From Polyangiaceae bacterium (GTDB lineage: Bacteria > Myxococcota_A > Polyangia > Polyangiales > Polyangiaceae): a stretch of 29,913 nucleotides of DNA. The stretch is taken from positions 1 through 29,913 of the forward strand of contig JAPSGB010000053.1 of the NCBI GenBank assembly GCA_035063585.1. Reading direction: 5' to 3'. Numbering within the stretch: position 1 is the first letter of the stretch; each line of letters begins with the position of its first letter. Below are positions 1-9,602 of the stretch, one piece after another. The notes under the pieces are model-generated. The model was not told the origin of the DNA and did no database searches. It worked only from the letters and a program-made list of their open reading frames with translations. Both the position numbers and the translations under genes were made by a program.

Positions 1-158
1 GAGCTCGCGGGCGGGAGCGCGCTCGGGCGCGGCGCTGCGCCGGCCGCGGGCGCGGCGCTCGGCGCCTCGAACGAGGGCGCGGGCGACACCGGGGCCGGCG
101 CAGGCCGGGCGGCGGCGCACCCGGCGCACAGGACGAACGCGACCGCGAGGAGCCTCAT
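1..158 (-). CDS. Putative lipoprotein, 5' part only (runs off the left edge)
   Basis: Not in the ORF track. ATG at 158 overlaps the TGA of the upstream gene (ATGA). Reads [28 protein letters not shown]...: short signal peptide, lipobox-like CAGC, then a Pro/Ala linker. Confidence 0.6.
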   Translation of the reverse strand, partial: MRLLAVAFVLCAGCAAARPAPAPVSPAPSFEAPSAAPAAGAAPRPSALPPAS

Positions 159-589
159 CGCCGAGGCTTCCCGGCCGAGCCGTAGACGACGGCGTAGGCG
201 TGCGCCATCACCGTGCGCGCGTCGTCGATGAGGCGCTCGTCATTGCCGCGCGAGCGCAGGCGGAGGAGGGCGCCCGAGGGCGGGCGGGCGTCGAGCACGC
301 GGCGCGCCGCCTCGCGCGCGGGAGCCGGCACCTCGGCGTCGGCCGCGATGGCCGCGAGATGCTCGACATAGGTGCGGCCCCAGCCCTCCTCCGGGTGCGC
401 GAGGAGCGCGCCGTTCAGCGCCATGCCCGCCGCGCGCTTGACCCCCGCGACGAGCGCGGCGGCGTCCCGGGCCTTCACCGCGTCCTCGGCGCGCCGGAGC
501 TCGTTCAGCGAGGAGCGGATCCACTCCTCCGGCGAGAGCCGGCGCAGCCAGTCCCGCGGATCTCGGGTGAACGGCTCAGGGGACATCAT
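155..589 (-). CDS. Small helical protein, HEPN-domain-like
   Basis: 144 aa; start overlaps the SpoVR 3' end. Pattern [15 protein letters not shown]...[13 protein letters not shown]...GRTYVEHL resembles HEPN helices 1-2 (W..A..DL..A / QQA.EKALKA.L / THDL). The CDS is likely; the family call is tentative. Confidence 0.6.
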   Translation of the reverse strand: MMSPEPFTRDPRDWLRRLSPEEWIRSSLNELRRAEDAVKARDAAALVAGVKRAAGMALNGALLAHPEEGWGRTYVEHLAAIAADAEVPAPAREAARRVLDARPPSGALLRLRSRGNDERLIDDARTVMAHAYAVVYGSAGKPRR

Positions 590-2138
590 GCTCGACCGAG
601 AACTCGCTCCCGTCGAAGCGCAGGCGCGCCGGCTTGCCCTCGACCACGGTGACGATGTTGGCCGGCCGCTTCCAGACGCGGACCAGGGCCTTCATCGTCT
701 CCTGGGCGTAGTCGGAGCGCAGATCCGCCCCGCGGTGCTCGTGCGACAGGAGCAGCTCCCCGCGGTTCTGGAAGTTCCCGTCGATCACGAAAATGTACGG
801 GCTGCCGAAGTTGGTGAGCTGGGCGAGGAGCTTCTCCTTCACCTCGCGGAACTCGCGACTCATCACCTCGTAGCGGCCGTTGCGATTCGACCAGCCGAAG
901 CTGAAGAGCCCCTGCTCGATGGCAAACTCCGGGGTCAGGAACTCGTCGATGAAGGTGACGTCGTTGTAGAGCGCCCGCACCTCGAAGATCTTCTGGCGGC
1001 CGAGGCCGAGCCGCAGATCCCAGTGCTCCTTCTCGTCGAGGTCGTCGCACTCCTCCCACTCCCGGCCGAAGCGGCCCTTGTCCCAGCGCTCCTCGATGTG
1101 ACGGTAGAGCTCGACCCCGAGCTTGTACGGGTTCAGCCGACCCTGACTGGTCGCCATGACGCCCGCGTTGTTCTCTGCGTAGTCGACGATCTCGGTGGCG
1201 TCCGCGACCCGCTCGGTCATGAGCTTCGAGTGCCAGTACGAGGCCCAGCCCTCGTTCATGATCTTGGTCTGCATCTGCGGCACGAAGTAGTACGCCTCCT
1301 CCCGGATCACCTCGAGGATGATCCGCTCCCAGAGCTCGAGCGGCGCATTCTCGAGCAGGAAGAGGAGCACGTCCTGCTGCGGGTGCGCCGGGAAGCGCTT
1401 CTCGCGCTCGCGCTCGGCCTCGAGCCGCTGCTTCTGCTCCGCGAGGTACTCGTCCGGATTGATGAAGGACTCCATGTAGTCCTTCGCGCGCAGGCGCGGG
1501 ACCTCGATGGCGGCGGGGGTGTCCCCCTCCGCCACGCGCTCGCGCTGGCGCACGAAGAATCGCGACCAGGGATCGATGAGGTTCTCGAGCGAGAGGCAGT
1601 GATCGATGAAGGCCTCGACCTTGCCGATCCCCTGGCGGTCCACTATGCGGCGGATCGCCGCGCCGTGGTTCGCCATCTTGTCGATCCACCGCCGGTTCGG
1701 GGCGTAGGCGCCCTCGCCGCGGTGCACCGCCTCGACGACCTGCCCGGTGGCGTCCAGATCGGTGGCGCGGAAGGTGAAGTTGTTCTTGAAGAAGTCCACG
1801 TGCCCGAACACGTGGCACATGACGAGCTTCTGATCGGTGAAGCTGTTGCCCTCGAGGAGGTAGGCGTACGCGGGCGTGTTATTGATGACCATCTCGTAGA
1901 TCTTCGAGAGGCCGTACTCGTAGCTCTTGCTCAGGCGCTCGTACTCCATGCCGAAGCGCCAGTGCGGATAGCGGTTCGGGAAGCCGCCGTAGGCCGCGAT
2001 CTCGTTCATCTGATCGTAGGCGAGCATCTCGAACACGGTCGGGAAGAAATCGAGCCCGTACTCGCGGGCGATCTTCTCGATGCGGTCCTGCTCGACCCGG
2101 AGATACCGCGGCAGGCTGGTGAGCGACCCGAATGCCAT
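576..2138 (-). CDS. spoVR: SpoVR/YcgB family protein
   Basis: Family motifs: [61 protein letters not shown]. Confidence 0.95.
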   Translation of the reverse strand: MAFGSLTSLPRYLRVEQDRIEKIAREYGLDFFPTVFEMLAYDQMNEIAAYGGFPNRYPHWRFGMEYERLSKSYEYGLSKIYEMVINNTPAYAYLLEGNSFTDQKLVMCHVFGHVDFFKNNFTFRATDLDATGQVVEAVHRGEGAYAPNRRWIDKMANHGAAIRRIVDRQGIGKVEAFIDHCLSLENLIDPWSRFFVRQRERVAEGDTPAAIEVPRLRAKDYMESFINPDEYLAEQKQRLEAEREREKRFPAHPQQDVLLFLLENAPLELWERIILEVIREEAYYFVPQMQTKIMNEGWASYWHSKLMTERVADATEIVDYAENNAGVMATSQGRLNPYKLGVELYRHIEERWDKGRFGREWEECDDLDEKEHWDLRLGLGRQKIFEVRALYNDVTFIDEFLTPEFAIEQGLFSFGWSNRNGRYEVMSREFREVKEKLLAQLTNFGSPYIFVIDGNFQNRGELLLSHEHRGADLRSDYAQETMKALVRVWKRPANIVTVVEGKPARLRFDGSEFSVEHDVP

Positions 2139-2140
2139 GG

Positions 2141-3250
2141 CTACTTACCCTTGCCCAAGAAATCCTTGATGCTGCTCGTGATGGCGTCACGATCGCGGAT
2201 CTCGCTCGTGACCACCCGTTCGTCCGCGCCGAAGTGCTCGCGCAAGTCCTTGATGAACTGCCCCGAGCCGTAGGGGCTCTCGACCTGGCCATACGCGAAC
2301 ATGTTCACCTTCGGCAAGATGCGCGTCTTCAAGAGCTCCACGCACCCGAGCGTGTCGTCCATCGACCAGTTGTCGCCGTCGGAGAAGTGGAACGGGTAGA
2401 TGTTCCACTCGCTCGCGGGATAGTGCTCGTCGATGAGGTCGGCGCACAGCTTGTAGGCGCTCGAGATCATGGTTCCGCCCGACTCGCGGGTGTGGAAGAA
2501 CGTCTCGCGGTCGACCTCTCGCGCGGTCGCGTCGTGGATGATGTAGCGGCCCTCGAGCCCCTTATATTGACGCTTCAGCCAGGTATCGATCCAGAAGCTC
2601 TCGATGCGGACGATCTCCTTCTGCTCGTCTCCCATCGAGCCCGAGACGTCCATCATGTAGATGATGACGGCGTTGGCGACCGGCTCGACGTCCTCCTTCC
2701 ACGAGCGGAAGCGCTTGTCCTCGTGCTGCGGCACGATGAGCGGGCGGGCCGGGTCGTAGACGCCGCTCGCGATGGCGCGGCGGAGCGCCTCCTTGTAGGT
2801 GCGCTTGAAGTGTCGGAGGGACTCCGGGCCGACCCGCCGGATGCCGGTGTAGCGGTCCTTCGCGCTCACGATCCGGCTCTTGCCCTTGTTCTCGATGTCC
2901 GGCAGCTCGAGCTCCTCGCCGAGGATGTCGGCGAGCTCGTCGAGGGTCACGTCGACCTCGAGCACGTGCTCGCCGGAGTCCTTCCCGGCCTGACCGGCGC
3001 CCGACTCCTCGCCCTCGTCCCCGCCCATCGGATCGCCGACCTCGCCGCCGCCTTGCCCGACCCCGCCCTTCTCTTTGTCGCCGAACACGAAGCGCGGGAT
3101 GTCGATCTGCGGGATCGGGATCGAGACGAGGTCCTTGCCCTTCCGCCCGATCATCTCGCCCTGCGAGATGTACCGGCGCAGGTTCTGGCGAATCTTGCCG
3201 CGCACGATGTCGCGGAACCTCGAGTGATCCTGGTCGATCTTGAGCGACAT
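2141..3250 (-). CDS. yeaH: DUF444 / YeaH-YhbH family protein (vWA-like)
   Basis: Gly-rich GVGQGGG linker, MIDAS-like [36 protein letters not shown] upstream of ATG; stop is 2 nt before the SpoVR start. Confidence 0.93.
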   Translation of the reverse strand: MSLKIDQDHSRFRDIVRGKIRQNLRRYISQGEMIGRKGKDLVSIPIPQIDIPRFVFGDKEKGGVGQGGGEVGDPMGGDEGEESGAGQAGKDSGEHVLEVDVTLDELADILGEELELPDIENKGKSRIVSAKDRYTGIRRVGPESLRHFKRTYKEALRRAIASGVYDPARPLIVPQHEDKRFRSWKEDVEPVANAVIIYMMDVSGSMGDEQKEIVRIESFWIDTWLKRQYKGLEGRYIIHDATAREVDRETFFHTRESGGTMISSAYKLCADLIDEHYPASEWNIYPFHFSDGDNWSMDDTLGCVELLKTRILPKVNMFAYGQVESPYGSGQFIKDLREHFGADERVVTSEIRDRDAITSSIKDFLGKGK

Positions 3251-3376
3251 CGCGGGGAGCCTCTCCGCGGCTAGTCTCGCATATCCCGCGCCCCGGCGCA
3301 GCGGGCAGCGACGCGCGCGCGTGCGCGCCCCGACGGCGCTTCCACCCGGGAGCCATTTCGATCTAGAGAGGCGGGC

Positions 3377-3946
3377 GTGATCACCGGCGAGCGCTTACTC
3401 CGGTTCCGCTGCACGGGCTGCGGCAACTGCTGCAAGGAGCCGCTGCTCCCCCTCACCGACGCCGATCTCCGCGCGCTGGTCCGGCACACCGGCGAGTCCG
3501 CTCACGAGATCGTCTCCTGGGTGGATCGCTTCGGCATCGACATGGCCGGCGAGCCGGAGGCGTTCGTGGTGCTGCGCCAAGGCCGCCGCGTCATGACGCT
3601 CGCGCACCGCCGCGGCGGCTGCCGCTACCTCGATCCGGCGGACCGCTGCACCGTCTACTCGGCGCGCCCGATGGGCTGCCGCGTCTTTCCGTTCGATCCC
3701 ACGTTCTCGAAGCGCGACGGCTCGCTGCGCCGCCTCGCCCTCATCCCCGCCGCCGAGTGCCTGTACGAGCTCGACGGCGAGAACGACCCCGCCCGGCTCC
3801 GAGAGCTCCACGCGCGCCACCTCCGCGCCATCGACGCCTATCACGCTCGGGTGAAGGAGTGGAACCTCGCGCAGCGCCGCCGTCGCCGCGCCGGCAAGGC
3901 CGCCGAGACGGCCCGCGCCTTCCTCGCGTACCTCGGGTTCGCCTGA
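3377..3946 (+). CDS. YkgJ family cysteine-cluster (CxxCxxCC) protein
   Basis: [10 protein letters not shown] and CRYLD...[16 protein letters not shown] motifs; GAGAGG upstream of GTG. Confidence 0.9.
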   Translation: MITGERLLRFRCTGCGNCCKEPLLPLTDADLRALVRHTGESAHEIVSWVDRFGIDMAGEPEAFVVLRQGRRVMTLAHRRGGCRYLDPADRCTVYSARPMGCRVFPFDPTFSKRDGSLRRLALIPAAECLYELDGENDPARLRELHARHLRAIDAYHARVKEWNLAQRRRRRAGKAAETARAFLAYLGFA

Positions 3947-4003
3947 GCGGGCCGCGCCTCACGCCGCCGGCCGCGCCGGTTCGGCCACTCCCCCTCCCCG
4001 GCC

Positions 4004-4888
4004 TCAAGCCTTGTCGCCGAAGGCGTTCACCACGTAGCCGCCGCTCTTCTCGTCCTTGGTGAGCTCGAGCAGCCCGCGGCGCGCGGCGTCCTCCAAGAGC
4101 TCATTGAAGTTGCGGAAGCCGTAGAATGTCTCGTCGAAGCTCGGCTTCTTTCGCTTTAGCGTCTGCTTTACCATCGAGCCCCAGAGGTTGTCGTCGCGCT
4201 CGCGAAAGAGCGCGTCGACCTGCTCGAGCACCAGCTCGAGCCCCTCGAGCCGGCGCGCCTCCTCCTCGGCGTCCGGCTCCGGCTTCGGCCCCTTCCTCGG
4301 GGTCGGGGCGGCGCGGCCGGCGGCGCGCTCCGGCTTCGGCTTGTCGGCGTCGAGCTCCTTCGCGGGCTCCCGCGGCGCGCGCGCGCCGCGCCCGCCCTTC
4401 TGCGCGCCCTGCTTCTGGCGCACGAGGTCGTCGTAGTAGATGAACTCGTCGCAGTTCTCGATGAGCAGATCGCTGCTCGAGTTCTTGACGCCCACCCCGA
4501 TCACCATCTTGGCGTTCTCTCGGAGCTTGCTCACGAGCGGCGAGAAATCGCTGTCACCGGAGACGATGACGAACACATCTACGTGCGATTTCGTGTAGCA
4601 GAGATCGAGCGCATCGACGACCAGGCGAATGTCGGCCGAGTTCTTGCCGGAGTAGCTGACGTGCGGGATCTCGATGAGCTCGAAGGAGGCCTCGTGGAGC
4701 GCGCGGCGCGCCGACTTGTAGCGCTCCCAGTCCGCGTAGGCCTTCTTGACCACGATCTTCCCCTTGTCGAGGAGCCGGGCGAGCACGAGCTCGATGTCGA
4801 AGTCATACTTGGCGTCGCGCGCGCCGAGGGCGACGTTCTCGAAGTCGCAGTAGATGGCGAGGTTCGGGGCTGCGTCGCTGAGCGCCAT
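4004..4888 (-). CDS. NYN (LabA/DUF88) domain protein with C-terminal OST-HTH/LOTUS domain
   Basis: DFENV, GKNSADIRLVVDALD, SGDSDFSPL, CDEFIYYD; after a linker, WGSMVKQTLKRKKPSFDETFYGFRNFNELL. Confidence 0.93.
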   Translation of the reverse strand: MALSDAAPNLAIYCDFENVALGARDAKYDFDIELVLARLLDKGKIVVKKAYADWERYKSARRALHEASFELIEIPHVSYSGKNSADIRLVVDALDLCYTKSHVDVFVIVSGDSDFSPLVSKLRENAKMVIGVGVKNSSSDLLIENCDEFIYYDDLVRQKQGAQKGGRGARAPREPAKELDADKPKPERAAGRAAPTPRKGPKPEPDAEEEARRLEGLELVLEQVDALFRERDDNLWGSMVKQTLKRKKPSFDETFYGFRNFNELLEDAARRGLLELTKDEKSGGYVVNAFGDKA

Positions 4889-4921
4889 CCCCGAGCTCGT
4901 ACCACGGCCCCGTCGGGGATG

Positions 4922-5359
4922 TCAGCCGGAGAGCGCGTTCACGACCGCGGTCCGCAGATCGTCCACGTCGAACGGCTTGTCGAACATCACGCAGGCGCCG
5001 TATTCGCGGGCCCGCGCGTGGAGCTCCGCGTCGCCGAACGCGGTGATGAGGATCACCGGAATACGCGCGTGGACCTCGCGGAGCGCCTGGAGGACGTCGA
5101 GCCCGCTCCACCCGGGCATGCGGACGTCGGAGACCAGGAGATCGAGCATCCTCAGCTCGCCTCCCTCGTCGAGGCGCGCGGCCAGGAGCTGCATGAGCTC
5201 GGAGCCGTGGCGCGCCTCGAGCACCTCGAAGCCGTCGCCGCGGAGCGCCTCGACGAGCAGCGCGCGCATCTCCGCGTCGTCCTCCGCGACGAGGACGCGG
5301 AGCGGGCGCGAGGTCATGGTGGTACCGCGGAGCGTGAAGAGCTCGCTCGAACTAGGCAT
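4922..5359 (-). CDS. Single-domain response regulator (receiver only); start may be ATG at 5317
   Basis: VLVAEDD, SDVRMPG (phospho-Asp), ITAFG, DKPF; no output domain. Confidence 0.9.
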   Translation of the reverse strand: MPSSSELFTLRGTTMTSRPLRVLVAEDDAEMRALLVEALRGDGFEVLEARHGSELMQLLAARLDEGGELRMLDLLVSDVRMPGWSGLDVLQALREVHARIPVILITAFGDAELHARAREYGACVMFDKPFDVDDLRTAVVNALSG

Positions 5360-6812
5360 CTCGAGACCTTCCTTCCTGGTGGCGCCTCGGGAGGTATGCC
5401 GTGAAGGTGGTCCCGAGGCCGGGTGACGTCTCCAGCTCGAACGACCCGCCGTGCTCGCGCACGATGCCGTAGGCGACGCTGAGCCCGAGCCCGGTCCCCT
5501 CGCCCACCGGCTTGGTCGTGAAGAACGGCTCGAAGGCGTGGCTCGCCGTCTCGGCGTCCATCCCGGTGCCGTGATCGGTCACGCTCACCGCGAGCCGCCC
5601 CGCGCCGTCGGCGCTCCCGGGCTCGCCCTCGGCGCGGACGCGGACCTCGAGCCGCCCGCCGGTGGGCATGGCCTGGAGCCCGTTGGTCATGAGGTTGATG
5701 AGGACCTGATGGAGCTGGTCGGCGTCGAGCTCCGCCGAGAGCTCTCCGGGCCCCGTCTCGACCACGATCTCCACCTGGCTCTGCTTCGCCAGCGGCTCGA
5801 GCAAGGCTGCGGCTTCGCGGGTGATCTCCCCGAGGTCGCAGCGCGCCAGGTGCGCGCCGCGCGAGCGCGCGAAATCGAGGAGCTGGCGGATGATGGCCGC
5901 CACCCGCTCGGCTTGTCGCCGGATGATGGCGGCGTTCTCGCGCGCGGCCGGCCCCTCGACCTGCGCCGTCTCGATCAGCTTGGCGCGGGCGGTGACCACG
6001 TTGAGCGGCGTGCCGAGCTCGTGCGCGATACCGGAGGCCAGCTTGCCGACGGTGTTCAGGCGATCGGCGTGGCGGAGCTGGGCCAAGGCGTCGATGCGCG
6101 TCTCGGTCTCGGCGAGGACCCGCTCGCGCGCTCGGGAGAGATCATGGCTCATCGCGTTCATCCCGCGCGCGAGCTCACCCATCTCGTCGGCGCGGTCCAT
6201 CGCGAGCGCCCGGCCGAGCTCTCCCGCGCCGATGCGCCGCGCGTGCTCGACCAGCCGGCGGATGGGCTGCCCGATCAGCCGATCGCCGAGCAAGAACGCC
6301 ACCACCAGGAAGGAGCCGGCCAGCGCGATGGTGACCATCACCGATTGCGCGATCGTGGTCGACACGTAGCGGCGCTCCGGCTCGAGCGACTGGCTGAGCT
6401 CGAGGGCGCCCGGGTAACCGGCGATGGCCACCGGCACGTAGGTGTAATAGGCGCGCCCTGCGCCTTGCACCGCGGCGCTCACGGGGTGGCCGGCGCGGAA
6501 CCGCGCGCGATCGAGGCCGTGCGCGGGCAGATCCGCCGGCAGCGCTCCGCCGATGAGCGGGACCCAGCGCAGGTGGATGCGGCGCTCGGCGGAGTTCGCG
6601 CGCTCGAGCAGCCGAAGCGCCTCCGCGGGGCTCGCCCTTCGCCAGGCGTCCGCGAAGCCTGCCGCCATGGCGCGGCCGAGCAAGAGCTGATCCTGCTGCA
6701 TGTGCGTCTCGAAGAGCTCGACCTCGCGGTCCACCCTCACGATGGTGTGCCCAGCCATCACCACGAAGGCTCCCACCGTCATCGCCAGCGTGAGCTTCGG
6801 GACGATCTTCAT
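5352..6812 (-). CDS. Membrane sensor histidine kinase with HAMP domain
   Basis: Two TM segments, HAMP (DEMGELARGMNAM), H-box IAHELGTPL, N-box NLMTNG, DHGTGM, FEPFFTTK, GTGLGL. Confidence 0.95.
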   Translation of the reverse strand: MKIVPKLTLAMTVGAFVVMAGHTIVRVDREVELFETHMQQDQLLLGRAMAAGFADAWRRASPAEALRLLERANSAERRIHLRWVPLIGGALPADLPAHGLDRARFRAGHPVSAAVQGAGRAYYTYVPVAIAGYPGALELSQSLEPERRYVSTTIAQSVMVTIALAGSFLVVAFLLGDRLIGQPIRRLVEHARRIGAGELGRALAMDRADEMGELARGMNAMSHDLSRARERVLAETETRIDALAQLRHADRLNTVGKLASGIAHELGTPLNVVTARAKLIETAQVEGPAARENAAIIRRQAERVAAIIRQLLDFARSRGAHLARCDLGEITREAAALLEPLAKQSQVEIVVETGPGELSAELDADQLHQVLINLMTNGLQAMPTGGRLEVRVRAEGEPGSADGAGRLAVSVTDHGTGMDAETASHAFEPFFTTKPVGEGTGLGLSVAYGIVREHGGSFELETSPGLGTTFTAYLPRRHQEGRSRDA

Positions 6813-6930
6813 GGCTCACCGGCGCTGCCGCGGACCGCTCTGCCGGTGCAACACGGGCCCCGCACGATCTATTCGCGCTCCGGCGCGAGGCGGCGCGCCA
6901 CCGCGCCGCCTCGGAGCGTCGCGCCCGCCT

Positions 6931-8172
6931 TCAGCCGCCGAAGCGCTTGGCGACGCCCGCCAGATCGACCCCGGTCGCGGCGCGGATCTGCTCGGTCGCG
7001 CCGATCGTCTTCCGCGCGAGGTCTGCGCCCGCGGCGTCGCCCTGGGTGGGCAGCACGCTCAGCTTGGCGATGGCGAGCCCCTGCCGCGCGCCGGCGACCT
7101 GCCCGAGCATGGGCAAGAGGCTCTGCAGCGCGAGGACGTCACGCGAGCTCGCGCCACCCGCCCGGTACGCCTCGACGACCTTCTTCAGGCTGCCGGCCTC
7201 GGCGCGACCGCGCTCGACGAGCTGCGCCGCGGCGCCGCGGGCGGCCTCCTCGGCGGCGCGCTGCTTGGCGAGCGCCGGCTGCACGATGTCGGCGTCGAGC
7301 CGGAGCTTCTCCTGCGGCGCGCGCGCCTTCTGGCGCTCGATCTCGGCGGTGACCTGAGCCACCTGCGCCACGACCTCACCGCGCGACTCCTGAATCAACG
7401 CCTCACGGCGACTCTTGGCGTCCGCGATGCGCTTGGCGGTCTCCTGTCGTGCAATTTGCATGTCCGCGTCGACCTTGGCGACCTCGCTCGCCGCCCAGTT
7501 GGCCGCCTGCTGGACGGAGGCGTCGGCGCGCGCCTGGGCCTCGGCGATGGCCTGCTCCTGGTTCAGGGTCGCGCCGCGGATCCGGCCGATACTCGAGAGG
7601 TACTTCACCTCGTCGGTGACGTTCTGGACCTTGAGCGTGTCGAGCACGATGCCCATGCGGCTCATGTCGTGCTCCGCCTCCTCGAGCAGCGTATGCGCGA
7701 AGCGCATCTTGTCCTCGTTCACCTCCTCGGGCGTGAGGCTGGCGAGCACGCCGCGGAGGTTGCCCTCGAGCGTCTCCTTGGCGATGTAATAGATCTCCTC
7801 GCGCGTCCGTCCGAGGAAGCGCTCGACCGCGTTGGCGAGCAGCGGCTCCTCGCCCGGCAACTTCACGTTGGCGACGCCCTGGATGGTGAGCGGGATGCCG
7901 CCCTTCGAGAACGCGCCCTGCACGTGGAGCGCGATGGTGAACATGCTGAGATCGAGGTTGTCGACGCGCTCGACCAGCGGCCTTCGGACCGAGCGGCCGC
8001 CACGCACGAACCGGTAGCCGACCGTGCGCTCGCCGAGCCGCCGCGTCGCGCCGCTGAAGATGAGCGCCTCATTCGGCGTAGACACGAAGAGCAGCTTCTT
8101 GATGATCAAGAAGAGGGTGAACACCACGACGAGGGCGACGAGCCCAAGCACTCCGATCACGCTGCTCATCAT
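6931..8172 (-). CDS. Flotillin/SPFH family protein (paralog 2)
   Basis: N-terminal TM, PNEALIFSG, AFSKGGIPL, ETLEGNLRGVL, LTPEEVNED, AEA-rich coiled coil. AAGGAG RBS and ATGA overlap with the upstream flotillin. Confidence 0.92.
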   Translation of the reverse strand: MMSSVIGVLGLVALVVVFTLFLIIKKLLFVSTPNEALIFSGATRRLGERTVGYRFVRGGRSVRRPLVERVDNLDLSMFTIALHVQGAFSKGGIPLTIQGVANVKLPGEEPLLANAVERFLGRTREEIYYIAKETLEGNLRGVLASLTPEEVNEDKMRFAHTLLEEAEHDMSRMGIVLDTLKVQNVTDEVKYLSSIGRIRGATLNQEQAIAEAQARADASVQQAANWAASEVAKVDADMQIARQETAKRIADAKSRREALIQESRGEVVAQVAQVTAEIERQKARAPQEKLRLDADIVQPALAKQRAAEEAARGAAAQLVERGRAEAGSLKKVVEAYRAGGASSRDVLALQSLLPMLGQVAGARQGLAIAKLSVLPTQGDAAGADLARKTIGATEQIRAATGVDLAGVAKRFGG

Positions 8173-9473
8173 CGCGCCGTCTCCTTGCCGCTCGCCCCGC
8201 CGAGGAGCGTCTTCATGTCCACCCCGATCGCGTTGCCGGTCTGCTTCAGCACCGCGGCGACCGCGGCGGGGAAGCTCGCCACGGCTCCGGTAAAGCTCTC
8301 GCCGTCGCCGCCGTCGACCACGGTCAGCTCGCGGATCTCGGCGCGCGCGACGCGCGCAACCGCCGCCTCGACGAAGCTCTGCAGGTGCTGCAGGACGTAG
8401 AGGTCACGGCCATCGCGGCCGGCCGACTGCCACTCCTGAGCGACCAGCCTGAGCGCCTCGGCGGTCGCCTTGCCCGTCTCGACGACCGGCGCCGCGCGCC
8501 CGCGCGCGTCGGCCTCCGCGGCCAGGCGCTGGGCCTCCGCGGGCAGGAACACGTCGCACTCGAGGCGGAGCCGCTCGACCTCGGCGCGCAGACCCTGGAG
8601 CTCCTGCTCGGCCTCCGAGCGCGCCGTCTCGGCGGCGACCTCCGCCTCGTTCTCCACCGCCTTGGCCTCCGCCTCCAGCTTGGCGAGCTCGGCGCGGAGC
8701 TCGTTGCGCTTGGTGAGCACGGTCGCCTCCGCCTGCTTCTGCGCGGACTCGGCCCGCTGCCGCGCCGCGGCCTGCGCCTCGCTGATCCGCTGGTTCGCCT
8801 GGTTCTCGGCGTTCTGCGCGTCGCGCACCATGCGGGCGATGCGCGCTCGGCCGAGGTTGTTCAGATAGCCCTGGTCGTCGCTCACGCTCTGCACCTTCAG
8901 CACGTCGAGCTCGAGCCCGAGCTTGTCGAAGTCGTCCTTCGCGTGGCGCACCAGCGTCTCGGCGAACTTCAGCCGATCCTCGTTCACCTCTTCTGGCGTC
9001 AGCTCCGCGACCACCTCGCGCAGCACGCCCTCGAGCGTCTGCTGGGCGACTCCGCCGATCTGCTGCGGGCTCATCGACAGCAGCCGCTCGACGGCGTTAC
9101 GGATGTACTGGTCGTCGCTCGTGATCTTGATGTTCGCGATGGCATGGACGCCGAGCGGGATGCCGCCCTTCGAGTAGGCGTTCTGCACCTCGACCTGCAC
9201 CGGGATGAGCCGCATGTCCATGCGGTTCACCTCCTCGATGACCGGGATGCAGAGCCCGCGGCCGCCGTGGAGCAGCTTGTAGCCGACCGTCGAGCCGTCC
9301 TTCAGCCGGTGCCGCCGGCCGCTCACGATGACGATCTCGTTCGGCCGACAGATCACCAGGAATCGCGCGAGCACGATGACGAGCACCGTAAACGCGATCA
9401 CCACCCCCACCGCGCCCATCAGGATGAGCTGCGCTGTCTGGAGATCCAACCCGAATAACTCGTCGTGTCCCAT
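8169..9473 (-). CDS. Flotillin/SPFH family protein (paralog 1)
   Basis: PNEIVIVSG, AYSKGGIPL, QTLEGVLRE, LTPEEVNEDR, EA-rich coiled coil. Start moved to ATG 9473 (MGHDELF), which has GGAGG upstream. Confidence 0.92.
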   Translation of the reverse strand: MGHDELFGLDLQTAQLILMGAVGVVIAFTVLVIVLARFLVICRPNEIVIVSGRRHRLKDGSTVGYKLLHGGRGLCIPVIEEVNRMDMRLIPVQVEVQNAYSKGGIPLGVHAIANIKITSDDQYIRNAVERLLSMSPQQIGGVAQQTLEGVLREVVAELTPEEVNEDRLKFAETLVRHAKDDFDKLGLELDVLKVQSVSDDQGYLNNLGRARIARMVRDAQNAENQANQRISEAQAAARQRAESAQKQAEATVLTKRNELRAELAKLEAEAKAVENEAEVAAETARSEAEQELQGLRAEVERLRLECDVFLPAEAQRLAAEADARGRAAPVVETGKATAEALRLVAQEWQSAGRDGRDLYVLQHLQSFVEAAVARVARAEIRELTVVDGGDGESFTGAVASFPAAVAAVLKQTGNAIGVDMKTLLGGASGKETAR

Positions 9474-9554
9474 GGCTCGGCCCTTTCCTCCCTCGCGCGC
9501 CCTCCGCGATGTGCGCGCGAGCATAGGACATCGCGCGCGATGACGGTAGTGCCC

Positions 9555-9576
9555 CGCCGCGACGGCCTTCGCGGCG
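9555..9576. other. Intergenic GC stem-loop between the nfeD-like gene and the flotillins
   Basis: CGCCGCGA-CGGCCT-TCGCGGCG, a perfect 8-bp stem; no U-tract on the coding (minus) strand. Confidence 0.4.
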
Positions 9577-9602
9577 ATTTTCCGCGGCTCCGCGCCGCGC
9601 GC

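Noticed and set aside
372..2273. Long antisense ORFs (also 2132-3274, 5451-7352, 6700-8400, 12011-13189, 22958-24826)
   Set aside because: Shadow frames expected from high-GC codon bias; no recognisable motifs, and each lies opposite a well-supported gene.
3947..4003. Possible terminator between ykgJ and the NYN gene
   Set aside because: Only short GC stems and no U-tract on either strand.
6848..6872. Possible sigma54 promoter upstream of the kinase (GG-N10-GC with TTGCA)
   Set aside because: The -24 element reads CGGGGCC rather than TGGCAC; too weak to call.
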